NCBI GenBank assembly: GCA_963796015.1
Contig: CAWCJR010000002.1
Location: 21,657-85,656, forward strand
Length of the DNA: 64,000 nucleotides
Source of the DNA: an uncultured Acidobacteriaceae bacterium
Lineage (GTDB): Bacteria; Acidobacteriota; Terriglobia; Terriglobales; Acidobacteriaceae
Direction: 5' to 3'
The notes below the pieces were generated by a model. That model saw only the letters and a program-made list of their open reading frames with translations, was not told the origin of the DNA and did not search any database. The position numbers and the translations under genes are program-made. Each line of letters opens with the position of its first letter. The first letter of the stretch is position 1. Of this stretch, positions 41,817-51,578 are shown one piece after another.

Positions 41817-42266
41817 CTATCGCCGCTCCCGAAAAAAATCCTTCAATAATCCCGCGCAGCGATCGGCAAGCACTCCGCCACGAACTTCCATATTGTGATT
41901 CAGTTGAGGATGGTTGAGCACCTGCATCACCGAATAAACCGCCCCGGCCTTGGGATCGTCAGCGCCGAAAACCAACCGCCTCAACCGTGAATGAACCATC
42001 GCGCCCGCGCACATCGCGCAGGGTTCAATTGTAGCAAACAGCTCGCAGCCGATCAGGCGGTGATTTCCGATCGTGGCGCCTGCCTCTCGCAACGCAATGA
42101 TTTCGGCATGAGCGCTGGGATCGTGATCGCTGAGATTGCGATTCCATCCGCGGCCTACAATTTTATCTTCCAGGATAACGACCGCGCCCACCGGTACTTC
42201 GCCGATGTTGAGCGCTTCCCGCGCCGCAAGCAGCGCCTCCTCCATCCAAACTTCGTCCATCCGCAT
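41817..42266 (-). CDS. tadA: tRNA adenosine(34) deaminase
   Basis: 149 aa. HAEIIALREA and PCAMCAGAM zinc-binding CDA motifs, with typical TadA size. Confidence 0.9.
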   Translation of the reverse strand: MRMDEVWMEEALLAAREALNIGEVPVGAVVILEDKIVGRGWNRNLSDHDPSAHAEIIALREAGATIGNHRLIGCELFATIEPCAMCAGAMVHSRLRRLVFGADDPKAGAVYSVMQVLNHPQLNHNMEVRGGVLADRCAGLLKDFFRERR

Positions 42267-42473
42267 AACCCGTGGGAGTAAATAGATTGCGTGGCAACTT
42301 TTCTGGGGAAATCAGCCACTGTAGCCTGACCACGGCATCGTCACCGTTGAATTGTCACCAGAATATTTTCTGTAAAAAATCGCTTCCTCTACGTTAATTC
42401 ATATTAATGGTTTTTATTCCTCCCAGAACTTGAATTAATACTATCTCGGCTCGACGCTAAGTATTGGCAAGAT

Positions 42474-42836
42474 TTGGAAGAAGAGTTTGGCCCCGATATT
42501 GCCTTAGAATTTTGGGGACAAACTATGGGTCAGGAAGTTTCAATTTCTTATCAAGCCGTAAAGAGCAAAGTCTATAAACTGATTGACGCTCTGGTCGAGG
42601 ATGCAAAGACCCGGGGCGACGTGCAAGAGTCCGTGACACGCTGGTGGAAGTTGGTACACCCGGCAGACCGCCCGGTCGCCCGGAAATACCTGATGATGGT
42701 TCTGGAGCGCTCGAACGCGAGCCTCGAAGCCATCTCCGATGGTTTACTCCAGTTTGCGGATGGCGAGACTGAACCCGCCAAGTTGTCAAAGCTTCACACC
42801 GTACCCGACCATACCCAGATCAGCTCGCGAATCTAG
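42474..42836 (+). CDS. hypothetical protein
   Basis: 120-aa ORF (TTG 42474, or ATG 42525) downstream of an AT-rich stretch. No recognisable motif. Confidence 0.4.
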   Translation: MEEEFGPDIALEFWGQTMGQEVSISYQAVKSKVYKLIDALVEDAKTRGDVQESVTRWWKLVHPADRPVARKYLMMVLERSNASLEAISDGLLQFADGETEPAKLSKLHTVPDHTQISSRI

Positions 42837-42859
42837 CCGGTGTAGAGAATCGGGCGTTC

Positions 42860-43095
42860 CGCTCCGACCTGACGGGCGAGGACGCCCGTCCCTCCATCGA
42901 GCTTTCCCCAACCTTCACTTGTTACCCGCAGCGCCCCGACTTCGCATCGCCGGAAAATCTTGCAGCAGTAGCGCGCTTCCAGCAGATCCTGCCCGGTGGC
43001 CCATTCAATCTCGAAAACGTCTCCACTATTTGTCATCCCGACCGGAGCAGATGATCGCGAAGCGATGATCTGCGCAGTGGAGGGACCTGTGGTTC
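42860..43095. repeat. cluster of REP-like palindromic elements
   Basis: gacgggcgaggacgcccgtc (42871..42890) is an 8-bp stem with an AGGA loop and has an identical copy at 54039..54058, both followed by (c/t)ctccat. gtcatcccgaccggagcagatgatcgcgaagcgatgatctgcgcagtggaggg (43032..) is a 12-bp stem with 1 mismatch, related to 63915..63947. ORF-track entries 42739..43068 and 42833..43036 mostly translate these elements. Confidence 0.6.
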
Positions 43096-43429
43096 CGCTT
43101 TACATTCGCGATGCGACAAAAATTTCATCTCATCCCATCACGCCCGGCTTGGCGAAACATCCCGCGCAGAGTGATTGGGGGCAGTTTTCCTCATTACACG
43201 CCGGCAAAATGACGTACAACCTCAAGGATTTCGCCAAGGCAGGCGAGCATTTTAGAATTTCAGTTTTGCGGCCGGGAGATTTATTGAAAAAGGTGGAACC
43301 ATGAGCAAAGCTACTTATCCGTTGAAACTTCCGCTTTCCATCAAGAAAGCTGCGCAACTCATAGCAAGAGATCGCAAATTTTCGCGTCGCCTACTTCAGC
43401 AATCGTGAGCCTTGATGTAATCCGCCAAA

Positions 43430-44746
43430 TCAGTGCACAGTAACGGTCAGCGAGGAACTTGTGCGGCCATATTGATTGGTGGCGTAGAGGGTATAGACGG
43501 TGGTCTGCGCCGGAGAAACCGCCACGGTGTTGCCTCTGACCGCACCCACTTGTGGGGACACAACATAATAGGACGCGCCCGAAGCTTGCCAACTCAGCGA
43601 CGCTTGCGCCCCCGCGCTCACAGTTGAAGAACTTGAGGTAAAACTCGTAATCGTCGGGGCCGAACCTTGAGGAACGGTCGCCGCCGTGTAAATGGGATTC
43701 ATCTGCACCACTTCAAAAGCGGAAGCGGGCACTTGCGAGAGATTATGCAGATCACTGTTATCCCAGCGATCATCGGGAGCGCCGCTGAGATACATTGCGC
43801 TGCCGTTATCGGCCATGATCATGCCGTAGCGCTTTAGCGAGGTGAGGATGATTTGAACGTTTGGCGAAAACTGGGAAATGTCATAGCTCGCTTTGAGCCG
43901 TAACCGCATTCCCATCGGCGCGGCAAATTGAGCCGTCGAGTTCGCCGCCCAATGCGATGCGGGAGGCACAATGGCCCCGCGGCTCTGTGGCAGAGTGAAC
44001 CGAACAGCGTGTTGAATGCTTCCGCTGGCGACTTCGTCGTAACGAATCAATCCGGGAAAGATTGGCAGTCCGGCGGCATCCGCCGAGGTCCATGTCCAGG
44101 GCCGCTGCTCATCGTTTTGGATATCCCAAACGGCAGCCGAATCCGCGTTCCACGTGCCGTCGGAATTCGAAACCGAATTGTAGAGTTCATATAGAAAGCA
44201 ATTGCTGTTGTCGAGCACCAGCACATGCCGGTCGCCGCTGCCTGGATTTGGATAGCCCTCAATCGCCGCATTCGCGGGAATCGGCATGGGACCGGGATCG
44301 CTTTCATCCCCATAAGCCGTGAAATTAATATTCACCAGAGCCTGTGTTCCACTCACAACGGTATATGGAATGCCAATGCTCGATCCCGCATATAGACCCG
44401 CGCCAAAGTCAGGATGCAATCCGATGCTGGGACCGATAAAACTAATGATGGCGCTGGAATTCGGGTCAACCGGCGACGCGGAGATATCCTGATTCCAAAG
44501 ATCAGTTGCCGGAAAGGGACGAAAGCCATTCAGCGCCGCTCCCTGACCGACAGCCATGACGCTGCAAGCACTCGATTGAGTCGCTCCGCCACCGCCGCCG
44601 TTCCGTCCGCCGCCTCCGGATCCGCCGCCGCCGCCGGAAGTAGTGAGCGACCCGCCAGGTGCGGACGAACCTCCTCCGCAGCCTGCCATCAACAGAAGCA
44701 AAGCTGTCGGGAAAAGAATCGCGCAGCGAGAAAGTCTTATTTGCAA
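43430..44746 (-). CDS. lipoprotein with Gly-rich linker, conserved central domain and C-terminal Ig-like domain; unknown function
   Basis: Lipobox LLLMAGC followed by a GGGSS/GGGGG linker. About 300 aa with motifs GDRHVLVLD..CFLYELY, ADAAGLPIFPGLIRYDE and HAVRFT. The C-terminal ~80 aa is beta-sandwich-like (SLSWQASGASYYVVSP). Confidence 0.6.
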   Translation of the reverse strand: MQIRLSRCAILFPTALLLLMAGCGGGSSAPGGSLTTSGGGGGSGGGGRNGGGGGATQSSACSVMAVGQGAALNGFRPFPATDLWNQDISASPVDPNSSAIISFIGPSIGLHPDFGAGLYAGSSIGIPYTVVSGTQALVNINFTAYGDESDPGPMPIPANAAIEGYPNPGSGDRHVLVLDNSNCFLYELYNSVSNSDGTWNADSAAVWDIQNDEQRPWTWTSADAAGLPIFPGLIRYDEVASGSIQHAVRFTLPQSRGAIVPPASHWAANSTAQFAAPMGMRLRLKASYDISQFSPNVQIILTSLKRYGMIMADNGSAMYLSGAPDDRWDNSDLHNLSQVPASAFEVVQMNPIYTAATVPQGSAPTITSFTSSSSTVSAGAQASLSWQASGASYYVVSPQVGAVRGNTVAVSPAQTTVYTLYATNQYGRTSSSLTVTVH

Positions 44747-44957
44747 GAAGTGCCCTCAACTTCATTTTCGAGGTTTCGCGTGGATAGTCCAAGCTGGAAT
44801 CAGGACCTGTGGGTGAGTATTCGGGACATGTACGGTGGAGCAGCGCGTGATTGGTCGCGCCGAACTGGCGGAAAGTGGCCTTGGAAAAAGGACGAAGAAT
44901 CCAGAGGACTGATTTGCCTCACACTCGCAACAAACTTTGCCAATATAATGACCTATT

Positions 44958-45914
44958 ATGCGACGAATTTTCATTGTTTTAGTTGTGGCTGTCGCTGCGT
45001 TCGGTCAAGGCGCTTCCACACGCGTTCCGCCTGATGAAGCCGCGAAGCACATCCTTAGCAAGCCTTCGCCAGCTTATCCGTCTTTGGCTGAGCAAGCGCG
45101 CATCCAGGGAGACGTCATTTTGGAGGTTACGATTAATGAATCGGGAGCGGTATCGGCCATCCGTTTAGTTTCAGGACATCCGATGCTGGTTGAGGCGGCC
45201 CTTGAGAATGTAAAGAAGTGGAAGTTCCACCCGTTCGAAGTGGACGGGAAGCCGGCGACGGCGCAGACTTTCGTGATGGTGACCTTCGGCAGTCCGGCGG
45301 ACCGCGACGCTGACCGCACTGAGATGCTTTTCCAGTACGAGTTTTGGACCACACTAGATCTAGCGCAGGCTGACCTGAGTAAGACAGATTATGCCGGCGC
45401 AGAGGGCCAGCTAAATAAGGAACGGGATCTTCTTCTGCTGGTGGGGAAGTTTCCGCATCCACAAGAGCGTTGGCGGTGGGCGACGAGCATGGGGAATCTT
45501 GCCATGGCGCAGCGAAAAGACGAGGAGGCCGAGCAGTATTACAAGCAGGCACTCGCGATTTATGACGCCAACAAGGAGGCGCCCGAAGTTGCGGCGACGC
45601 TAGCTTACCTCGGCAACTTATACGCCGTCGAAAAACGATATGATCTCGCGCGCGATAATGCCGCCCAGTCGATTGCAATTTACGAGGAAAATTTCAAGAA
45701 TGCGGGTTCTGGCAATCCTGGTGCGCAGCAGATTTATGGAAGAGCAATCGCGTACGAGTCATGGATGCTTTCAAAACTCTCTCGTCAGCAAAACAATACC
45801 TCCGAGGTTGAGAAGAATTGCCGCACAGTTCTGGACTTCCAAGCCTTTCTCACTCCTGCGGACCACGATTCGTTCATATCCATATGCGAGCACGGCGGGC
45901 TGGCACATCCTTGA
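44958..45914 (+). CDS. secreted TonB C-terminal-like domain + TPR-like protein
   Basis: Signal peptide. PAYPSLAEQARIQGDVILEVTINESGAVSAIRLVSGHPMLVEAALENVKKWKFHPF is TonB_C-like. The C-terminal half has TPR-like helices (AEQYYKQALAIYD..., LGNLYAVEKRYDLA). Confidence 0.7.
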   Translation: MRRIFIVLVVAVAAFGQGASTRVPPDEAAKHILSKPSPAYPSLAEQARIQGDVILEVTINESGAVSAIRLVSGHPMLVEAALENVKKWKFHPFEVDGKPATAQTFVMVTFGSPADRDADRTEMLFQYEFWTTLDLAQADLSKTDYAGAEGQLNKERDLLLLVGKFPHPQERWRWATSMGNLAMAQRKDEEAEQYYKQALAIYDANKEAPEVAATLAYLGNLYAVEKRYDLARDNAAQSIAIYEENFKNAGSGNPGAQQIYGRAIAYESWMLSKLSRQQNNTSEVEKNCRTVLDFQAFLTPADHDSFISICEHGGLAHP

Positions 45915-46076
45915 TGGGGATTTGATTTTTGTTGGGGATCATAAAGAGGGGCTGTCCCATTCGTCGCGATTTTCGACGGATCGGAGTTCATGTCGCGTAG
46001 GACGCGCCCGAAGCTTGTCAGTTCAGCGACACTTGGCATGCCAGCCTGTTCCGGCGGGCGTAAACTGACGAAACCT

Positions 46077-47060
46077 ATGAAACGCATTCTGGTCACTGGC
46101 GCGACGGGTAAAGTCGGATCGAACTTTATAAACCGAATTCTTCAGTCCAATAACCATCAGGACGTAGTCATTCGCGCCTTATGCCATCAGCGCCAACTGC
46201 AACCTCGCGAACGCCTTGAGGTAGTTTCTGGCAACATCTCTGACCGGGAAGTGGTGCGCAAAGCCGCCAGCGGAGTCACGCATGTTCTCCATTGCGCCAC
46301 GTGCAAAGAGACTCCCGAGCAAATTATGGACGTCCCGGTCAAGGGTTTGTTCTGGTTGCTGGAGGAGTGCCGCGCGAGTTCGTCATTTAAGCAGATGATT
46401 CTGATAGGCGGCGATGGTGCGGTCGGCCACTTCTTTTATCCGCATCCCGTCCCAGTCACAGAGCAACAGAAGCACAGCGCTTATCCCGGATGCTATGCGC
46501 TGTCGAAAGTTCTTGAAGAGGTCATGTTGGAACAATATTTCATTCAGTATGATCTTACGGGATGCTGCCTTCGCGCCCCCTGGATCATGGAAAAAGATGA
46601 CTTCAAGTATTCGCTTTCTTTTGGCAACGACGTTTTCGGCGGCCCACGATGGCGAGACTTGGTGGGCGCCGAACTCGCGGATGAGTACATGAAGAACGGG
46701 TCAGTGCCAGTTATGCTCGATCCCGATGGCAATCCCGTGAAACGCAACTTCGTTCACGTCAGCGACCTTGTCGAGGCAATTCTGGCGGCAATTGATCATC
46801 CCAAGGCACACCAACAGACGTTCAACATTTGCATGGACGAACCGGTTGACTACAAGGCAGTAGCGGAATATCTGCATCAGACACGAAAACTCCCGGACGT
46901 GGAGATCAAAACCCCATTCCACTCCACTTGGCTCGACAACACGAAAGCGAAGTTTTTGCTGGGATGGCGTCCACGGTTTGACTTGCCACGGCTCATTGAA
47001 GACGCCTGGACTTATCGGCGAACCAGCGACGACCCACGCAAAGTTTGGTATCCAGGCTAG
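46077..47060 (+). CDS. NAD-dependent epimerase/dehydratase (extended SDR) family protein
   Basis: MKRILVTGATGKVGSNFINRIL Rossmann motif and YALSK (YxxxK) catalytic motif. Start at the internal ATG 46077. Confidence 0.85.
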   Translation: MKRILVTGATGKVGSNFINRILQSNNHQDVVIRALCHQRQLQPRERLEVVSGNISDREVVRKAASGVTHVLHCATCKETPEQIMDVPVKGLFWLLEECRASSSFKQMILIGGDGAVGHFFYPHPVPVTEQQKHSAYPGCYALSKVLEEVMLEQYFIQYDLTGCCLRAPWIMEKDDFKYSLSFGNDVFGGPRWRDLVGAELADEYMKNGSVPVMLDPDGNPVKRNFVHVSDLVEAILAAIDHPKAHQQTFNICMDEPVDYKAVAEYLHQTRKLPDVEIKTPFHSTWLDNTKAKFLLGWRPRFDLPRLIEDAWTYRRTSDDPRKVWYPG

Positions 47061-47094
47061 AGAATAGGAGGTCGGGGGAGGTTAGCGATAAAAG

Positions 47095-47197
47095 CGTCGT
47101 TGGTCATTGGTCGTTCGTCGTTGGCAGAATCAAAATCTGCCAGCAACGCACAGTCGAGTATAAGAGCCAACTACCAACGACGCACGGCCAACGACAG
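47095..47197. repeat. REP-like element built from GTCGTTGG units in direct and inverted orientation
   Basis: cgtcgttggtcattggtcgttcgtcgttggcag ... ccaactaccaacgacgcacggccaacgacag form imperfect inverted arms around the hairpin ggcaga-atcaaaa-tctgcc. It lies between convergent genes. Confidence 0.55.
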
Positions 47198-47207
47198 TTT
47201 GACGAAT

Positions 47208-47738
47208 TTAGCTCCCTTGTACTGGTACCGCCGGGGCGCCGCCCACGACCTCTGCTTGATTGAACACCGCGTTCGACCCCATGTGGGCCGGCATGGCGGC
47301 CAGCATTTGCTCTTTGCGGTAAACCAGGTTTGTGGCGTTGAACGTTGCCAACTCGAATCCGTGCCCGTGCGTAATTGCGTCGGTAGGGCAAGCCTCGACA
47401 CAGTATCCGCAAAAAATGCAGCGGTTGTAATCAATGTTGTAAACCTTGGCGTAGCGTTCCGCGCCGCTGACGCGATTCTCCGCCGTGTTCTCGGCCGCTT
47501 CGATGTAAATGCAATTGGACGGACAATTTGCCGCGCACAGAAAACATGCGACGCATTTTTCCAGTCCATTTTCGTCGCGCTGCAAAACGTGAACGCCGCG
47601 AAAGCGCTCCTGAAATTTCGCGCCGCGCAAAGGCCCGGGGCCATCGGGATAATTCTCCACCTGCGTGGGTTGGAACATCTCCATGAACGTAATGCTCATG
47701 CCTTTGGCGATGGCGGCTATGTCTTTCAATATCGGCAT
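47208..47738 (-). CDS. nuoI: NADH-quinone oxidoreductase subunit I (2x[4Fe-4S] ferredoxin-type)
   Basis: 176 aa. YPDGPGPLRGAKFQERFRGVHVL, CVACFLCAANCP and CIFCGYCVEACP motifs. Confidence 0.9.
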   Translation of the reverse strand: MPILKDIAAIAKGMSITFMEMFQPTQVENYPDGPGPLRGAKFQERFRGVHVLQRDENGLEKCVACFLCAANCPSNCIYIEAAENTAENRVSGAERYAKVYNIDYNRCIFCGYCVEACPTDAITHGHGFELATFNATNLVYRKEQMLAAMPAHMGSNAVFNQAEVVGGAPAVPVQGS

Positions 47739-47813
47739 ACTCTATTATTATAGCGGATGCACTCCCGGCCAACAGTTTGTGGCCAGTATGCACTGAAGCA
47801 GTTTTCAAAAGCC

Positions 47814-47890
47814 GGACCCGTAGCTCAACTGGATAGAGCACTGCGCTTCGAACGCAGGGGTTGGGAGTTCAAGTCTCTCCGGGTCCACCA
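47814..47890 (+). tRNA. tRNA-Arg (anticodon TCG)
   Basis: GGACCCGTAGCTCAACTGGATAGAGCACTGCGCTTCGAACGCAGGGGTTGGGAGTTCAAGTCTCTCCGGGTCCACCA. Acceptor GGACCCG/CGGGTCC, anticodon stem CTGCG/CGCAG with loop CTTCGAA, T-loop TTCAAGT, and encoded CCA. Confidence 0.9.
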
Positions 47891-48099
47891 TTCGTTAGAT
47901 TCCCGGCTTCGGCTCAGAAGTTCGCCGGCTCCCGGTCACCCGCCGTCTGGCGCCAGCAGCCTTAGACCAGAGAATGTGCTTGCCGCCTCGCGTCGCCGCA
48001 CAGTAGAATTTCCCGGAAAATCTAGGTCCTTTCCATTACTGCTTGGACTTCGGCACGCGGATTCGCGACCCGGGAATTATCGAAATGAATTCTTTAGCT

Positions 48100-50103
48100 A
48101 TGCGGAAATGCAAGTTGTTCGTCTCCCTATTTTGTTTACTGATGAGTCTGGTCCCACCGATTGGTGCGCAGAGTGTTTGGGACAAGATCAAGCAGCAGGC
48201 AAAGCAAGCCCAACAGCAACCCGGACAACAACCCCAGCAGCAGGGCCAGAAGCCCGGACAGCAGCAGAAAACTCGGGCTGCCGCTCAGTCCAACTCTTCC
48301 GCGGACGACACCAGCCCCATCACGCCTCCACCCGGCACAAAGATAGACCCGGTAGTGCTGTCGCCATTCGAGCAAGGGGCGCAATTCATGGTCAGCCCGC
48401 AAGGCATCCACGTGGCCACGCTGTCACACAGCGGAAGCCGGCAAGTCATCATTTACGACGGAGTGCCCGGACCAAAGTTTGATCATTTCACACCCCAAGG
48501 CGGAGGCGGTCCGGTCCCGGTCATTTTCAGTCACGACGGCAACCACTACGCTTACTGCGGCCTGGCGAGTGACCATTTCACTGTGATGGTGGACGGCAAG
48601 GAAGTTGGGCACGGCTCGGAGGCCGATACCGGCGCGCTGAACTGCACGGTTTTTTTCTCGCCCAACGGCAAGCATTTTTACTATGCCGCCATTCAACATT
48701 CGGGAGACTATCGCCAGGGCTTGGCCTACACCCGGCTGGTCGTTGATGGGAAGACGGAAATTAAAGTATTTCAGGGCGCTGCCAACGATCCTCGGAACTT
48801 CATCTTCAGCCCGGACGGCGATCATTTTGCCGCCGTCTTTGCCTCTCCGACCGATCCCGAGCGCAGTGCTCTTTTCGTGGACGGAAAGGCGGTTAACGTC
48901 CCCGGGGGTGAGCCTCAGTGGAGCGCCGACAGCAGGCATTTGTTTACGAGACGAGGGCTTCCTCCCGCCAGTGGTAGAGGGGGAACGATATGGGAAGTGC
49001 TGCTCGACGGCAAACCCATCATGCGGGCTGATGCAGTGACCCTTTATATTCCGCCGGTGGGCAACATGACAGTTGCCATGGTGCAAAAGCTTTCGGTGAA
49101 TCCCCCCGTTTCATTCCTGGTGGTCGGAGGAAAGCAGGTGCCAGGCAGCGAAGTGCAGAACGGCAACATCTCGAGTATCACCTTTAGCCCGGATGGAAAA
49201 CACTATGCCGCGATATACAGGAACACGAACAGCCGGTCGTGGGTTTTCGCCGACGGCAAGAAAGGACTGGAGTACGGCGGCATTATGCTACATAACGCTC
49301 CGGGGCGGCTCCCGTCGAATCTGATATTCACAGCGGACTCTTCCCGAGTTGTTTATGAAAGCAGCACTGGATCCCCGTACGGAGAGTATCTGGTGCTGGG
49401 CGATCAGGAATCTGACGAACTTATGTCGCTTACTGACACCGTGATCGCTCCTGTCGGCGGTCACGTCGCAGCCGAGGGATCTGGCCAGGTGAGCCTCGAC
49501 GGGAAGATACTCAAATTGCCCAACGTCAACCCGCACACGAGCCAGGCCACTGCACTCGGCTTCAGCCCGGACGGCTCGCACTTTGCGTTTGTTCTACACG
49601 ATCATGGCGGCTTGACGCTTTATCTGGATGGGGTACCTCAGTCGGCATACTCAGCATCGCTTCAAGGACCGCTGACCAATGAGAGCACCAGGCCGTACGT
49701 ATTCAGTCCCGATAGCAAACATATAGCCTATTTTTGCGGGCAGTCGGGCCCCGCAGCCGGCACTGAGCAAGGCTTGTGCGTGGACAATAAGTACGTGCGA
49801 CTTGGGTCTCCGGGTTATTACGCAAATTTGTCTTTTACCTCCGACAGCAATCATCTGCTGTGGAGTAGAAACCTTCCGCAAGCTGAGGTCCGCATTTTTG
49901 TGGACGGCAAACCCGTTGTGGACGGTTTTCCCACGGCCACGGGCGGATTCGCGAAAGAAACCTGGCAGACCGGCACGGACGGCAATCTACTTGTATTGCT
50001 ACAAAGCGATAGCTCGCTAAACCGGGTGAGCATTACTCCTTCGCCAGACTTAAACATCTCGACGCTGGTCGGCGGCGCTTCCGGGCCTACGGCGCAGCAC
50101 TAA
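48100..50103 (+). CDS. secreted protein with a Gln/Pro-rich linker and many PD40/WD40-like beta-propeller repeats
   Basis: Signal peptide from ATG 48100. QQAKQAQQQPGQQPQQQGQKPGQQQK tract. Recurrent (F/V)SPDG(K/D/S)H(Y/F)A(A/Y/F) units, at least 8 of them. Confidence 0.7.
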   Translation: MRKCKLFVSLFCLLMSLVPPIGAQSVWDKIKQQAKQAQQQPGQQPQQQGQKPGQQQKTRAAAQSNSSADDTSPITPPPGTKIDPVVLSPFEQGAQFMVSPQGIHVATLSHSGSRQVIIYDGVPGPKFDHFTPQGGGGPVPVIFSHDGNHYAYCGLASDHFTVMVDGKEVGHGSEADTGALNCTVFFSPNGKHFYYAAIQHSGDYRQGLAYTRLVVDGKTEIKVFQGAANDPRNFIFSPDGDHFAAVFASPTDPERSALFVDGKAVNVPGGEPQWSADSRHLFTRRGLPPASGRGGTIWEVLLDGKPIMRADAVTLYIPPVGNMTVAMVQKLSVNPPVSFLVVGGKQVPGSEVQNGNISSITFSPDGKHYAAIYRNTNSRSWVFADGKKGLEYGGIMLHNAPGRLPSNLIFTADSSRVVYESSTGSPYGEYLVLGDQESDELMSLTDTVIAPVGGHVAAEGSGQVSLDGKILKLPNVNPHTSQATALGFSPDGSHFAFVLHDHGGLTLYLDGVPQSAYSASLQGPLTNESTRPYVFSPDSKHIAYFCGQSGPAAGTEQGLCVDNKYVRLGSPGYYANLSFTSDSNHLLWSRNLPQAEVRIFVDGKPVVDGFPTATGGFAKETWQTGTDGNLLVLLQSDSSLNRVSITPSPDLNISTLVGGASGPTAQH

Positions 50104-50332
50104 AGGACGTAGAGAGATTGCTCAGACCCGGGAACGAATTCGGGATCACGTGCGTTTCATGATCGTCCTGGAAATTGTTTCAACCTGCCTGATTTCACGA
50201 ATGGCCCCTGTCCGTATTTAAGATTTTTTGCCAAAGTACCCCACTTTTAACCATTCCGTAACCATTCGCTATGTTAGATTTGACCCTCATTGACCTATTG
50301 TGGGCAGGAGGCCTAACGAATTGGGTAGAGAT

Positions 50333-50878
50333 ATGGTTCCCAAGAAGATATTTTTCACCAAGGGAGTCGGCAAGCATAAGGAGCGGCTCACTTCTTTTGA
50401 GTTGGCGTTGCGTGACGCCGGCATAGCGGCGCAGAACCTGGTTCGGGTGTCTTCGATTTTCCCGCCTCAATGCAAGCTGATTCCGCGGTCACAAGGATTG
50501 AAATACCTCAGCCCCGGAGAGGTCGTGTTCTCGGTTGTCGCCGAGAATTCCACGCGCGAACCGCACCGGCTGATGGCTTCGAGTATTGGCGTCGCCATTC
50601 CGGCAGACCGAAATACGTATGGATATCTGAGCGAACATCATTCTTTTGGAGAATCGGAAGATGCAGCCGGAGATTATGCGGAGGAACTCGCCGCGGAAAT
50701 GCTTGCCACTACGCTGAACGTGGAATTCGATCCCGACCGTTCCTGGGATGAGAAGAAGGAAATTTACCGAATCTCAAACAAGATCGTGCGTACGGCAAAC
50801 GTTACTCAATCCGCCGTCGGCGATAAGCGTGGATTATGGACTACCGTGATCGCGTCGGCGGTGTTGATATTTGATTAA
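50333..50878 (+). CDS. pdaD: pyruvoyl-dependent arginine decarboxylase
   Basis: [45 protein letters not shown] carries the Ser-Ser self-cleavage site context. Size of ~180 aa fits. Start at ATG 50333. Confidence 0.8.
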   Translation: MVPKKIFFTKGVGKHKERLTSFELALRDAGIAAQNLVRVSSIFPPQCKLIPRSQGLKYLSPGEVVFSVVAENSTREPHRLMASSIGVAIPADRNTYGYLSEHHSFGESEDAAGDYAEELAAEMLATTLNVEFDPDRSWDEKKEIYRISNKIVRTANVTQSAVGDKRGLWTTVIASAVLIFD

Positions 50879-50916
50879 CTGACTTTCTCAGCCTGCTCTC
50901 AGGAATTGTTTGAGGG

Positions 50917-51459
50917 TTATTTCTCTTTCGTAGACTTGCCTTCCATTACCGTGTTCCAGGTCGTGCCATCCGTTGACGCCTCATATTTGAATGTGTAAGA
51001 GGTCGGAGAAAGCACCTTCATGGTGAAACGCCCCTTGATTGTCTGTTCCCCCATTTTCTGATCACCAAGCCAGGTCCAAGTATCGCCATCCACGGAACCA
51101 GTCGAGTGATTGTGTTCTCCCATGCTGTTGAACTCATCGTAGGTATATTGCTTTGCGCCCGCGTCATAACCCATGAATGCTATGCCGCTCCCGCTGCCTA
51201 TTTCACCGGAGAAACTGGAGTGCAGAGTTAGAAAAAAGCCGCCCGGCATCCATTCATTCTTCTCCGTCATTGTCATCTTTCCACCAGGACCCATCGGGCC
51301 GGCTTTCAAATCACCCTGATCAGTCCAATTGCCAGCCAGGAAATCCAGCTTCTTCAGTTCAGGCGAGGGGCTGGGCATCTGCGCGAAACTTTGACCACAG
51401 AAAAGGCATATGAAAACCAAAAGGACAGATGACTGAATTGTCGCCGGAAGACGTCTCAT
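50917..51459 (-). CDS. DUF1579 domain protein, secreted
   Basis: Signal peptide, then LDFLAGNWT...MPGGFFL...YDEFNSMGE...GDTWTWLGD pattern. Confidence 0.75.
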   Translation of the reverse strand: MRRLPATIQSSVLLVFICLFCGQSFAQMPSPSPELKKLDFLAGNWTDQGDLKAGPMGPGGKMTMTEKNEWMPGGFFLTLHSSFSGEIGSGSGIAFMGYDAGAKQYTYDEFNSMGEHNHSTGSVDGDTWTWLGDQKMGEQTIKGRFTMKVLSPTSYTFKYEASTDGTTWNTVMEGKSTKEK

Positions 51460-51578
51460 AGTGGATTCTCCTAGGTGAGTTAGATCGGGAACCGTAATGT
51501 TTTTGGATTCGTGCTGATACTAGCCGGACGAGTCTCTTAGCGTCAAGGTCGTAACAGAATAGGCAATAAGAGGTACCG

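Noticed and set aside
41445-47900. Genomic island or prophage integrated next to tRNA-Ser or tRNA-Arg
   Set aside because: There is no integrase, excisionase or phage/conjugation gene, and no direct repeat of either tRNA 3' end in the flanks that I could see. The neighbouring genes are ordinary metabolic or envelope genes.
47757-48482. 241-aa ORF spanning the tRNA-Arg gene and the start of the propeller protein
   Set aside because: It overlaps a well-folded tRNA and the signal-peptide region of a better-supported gene in another frame. The translation is low-complexity (Arg/Pro/Ser-rich).
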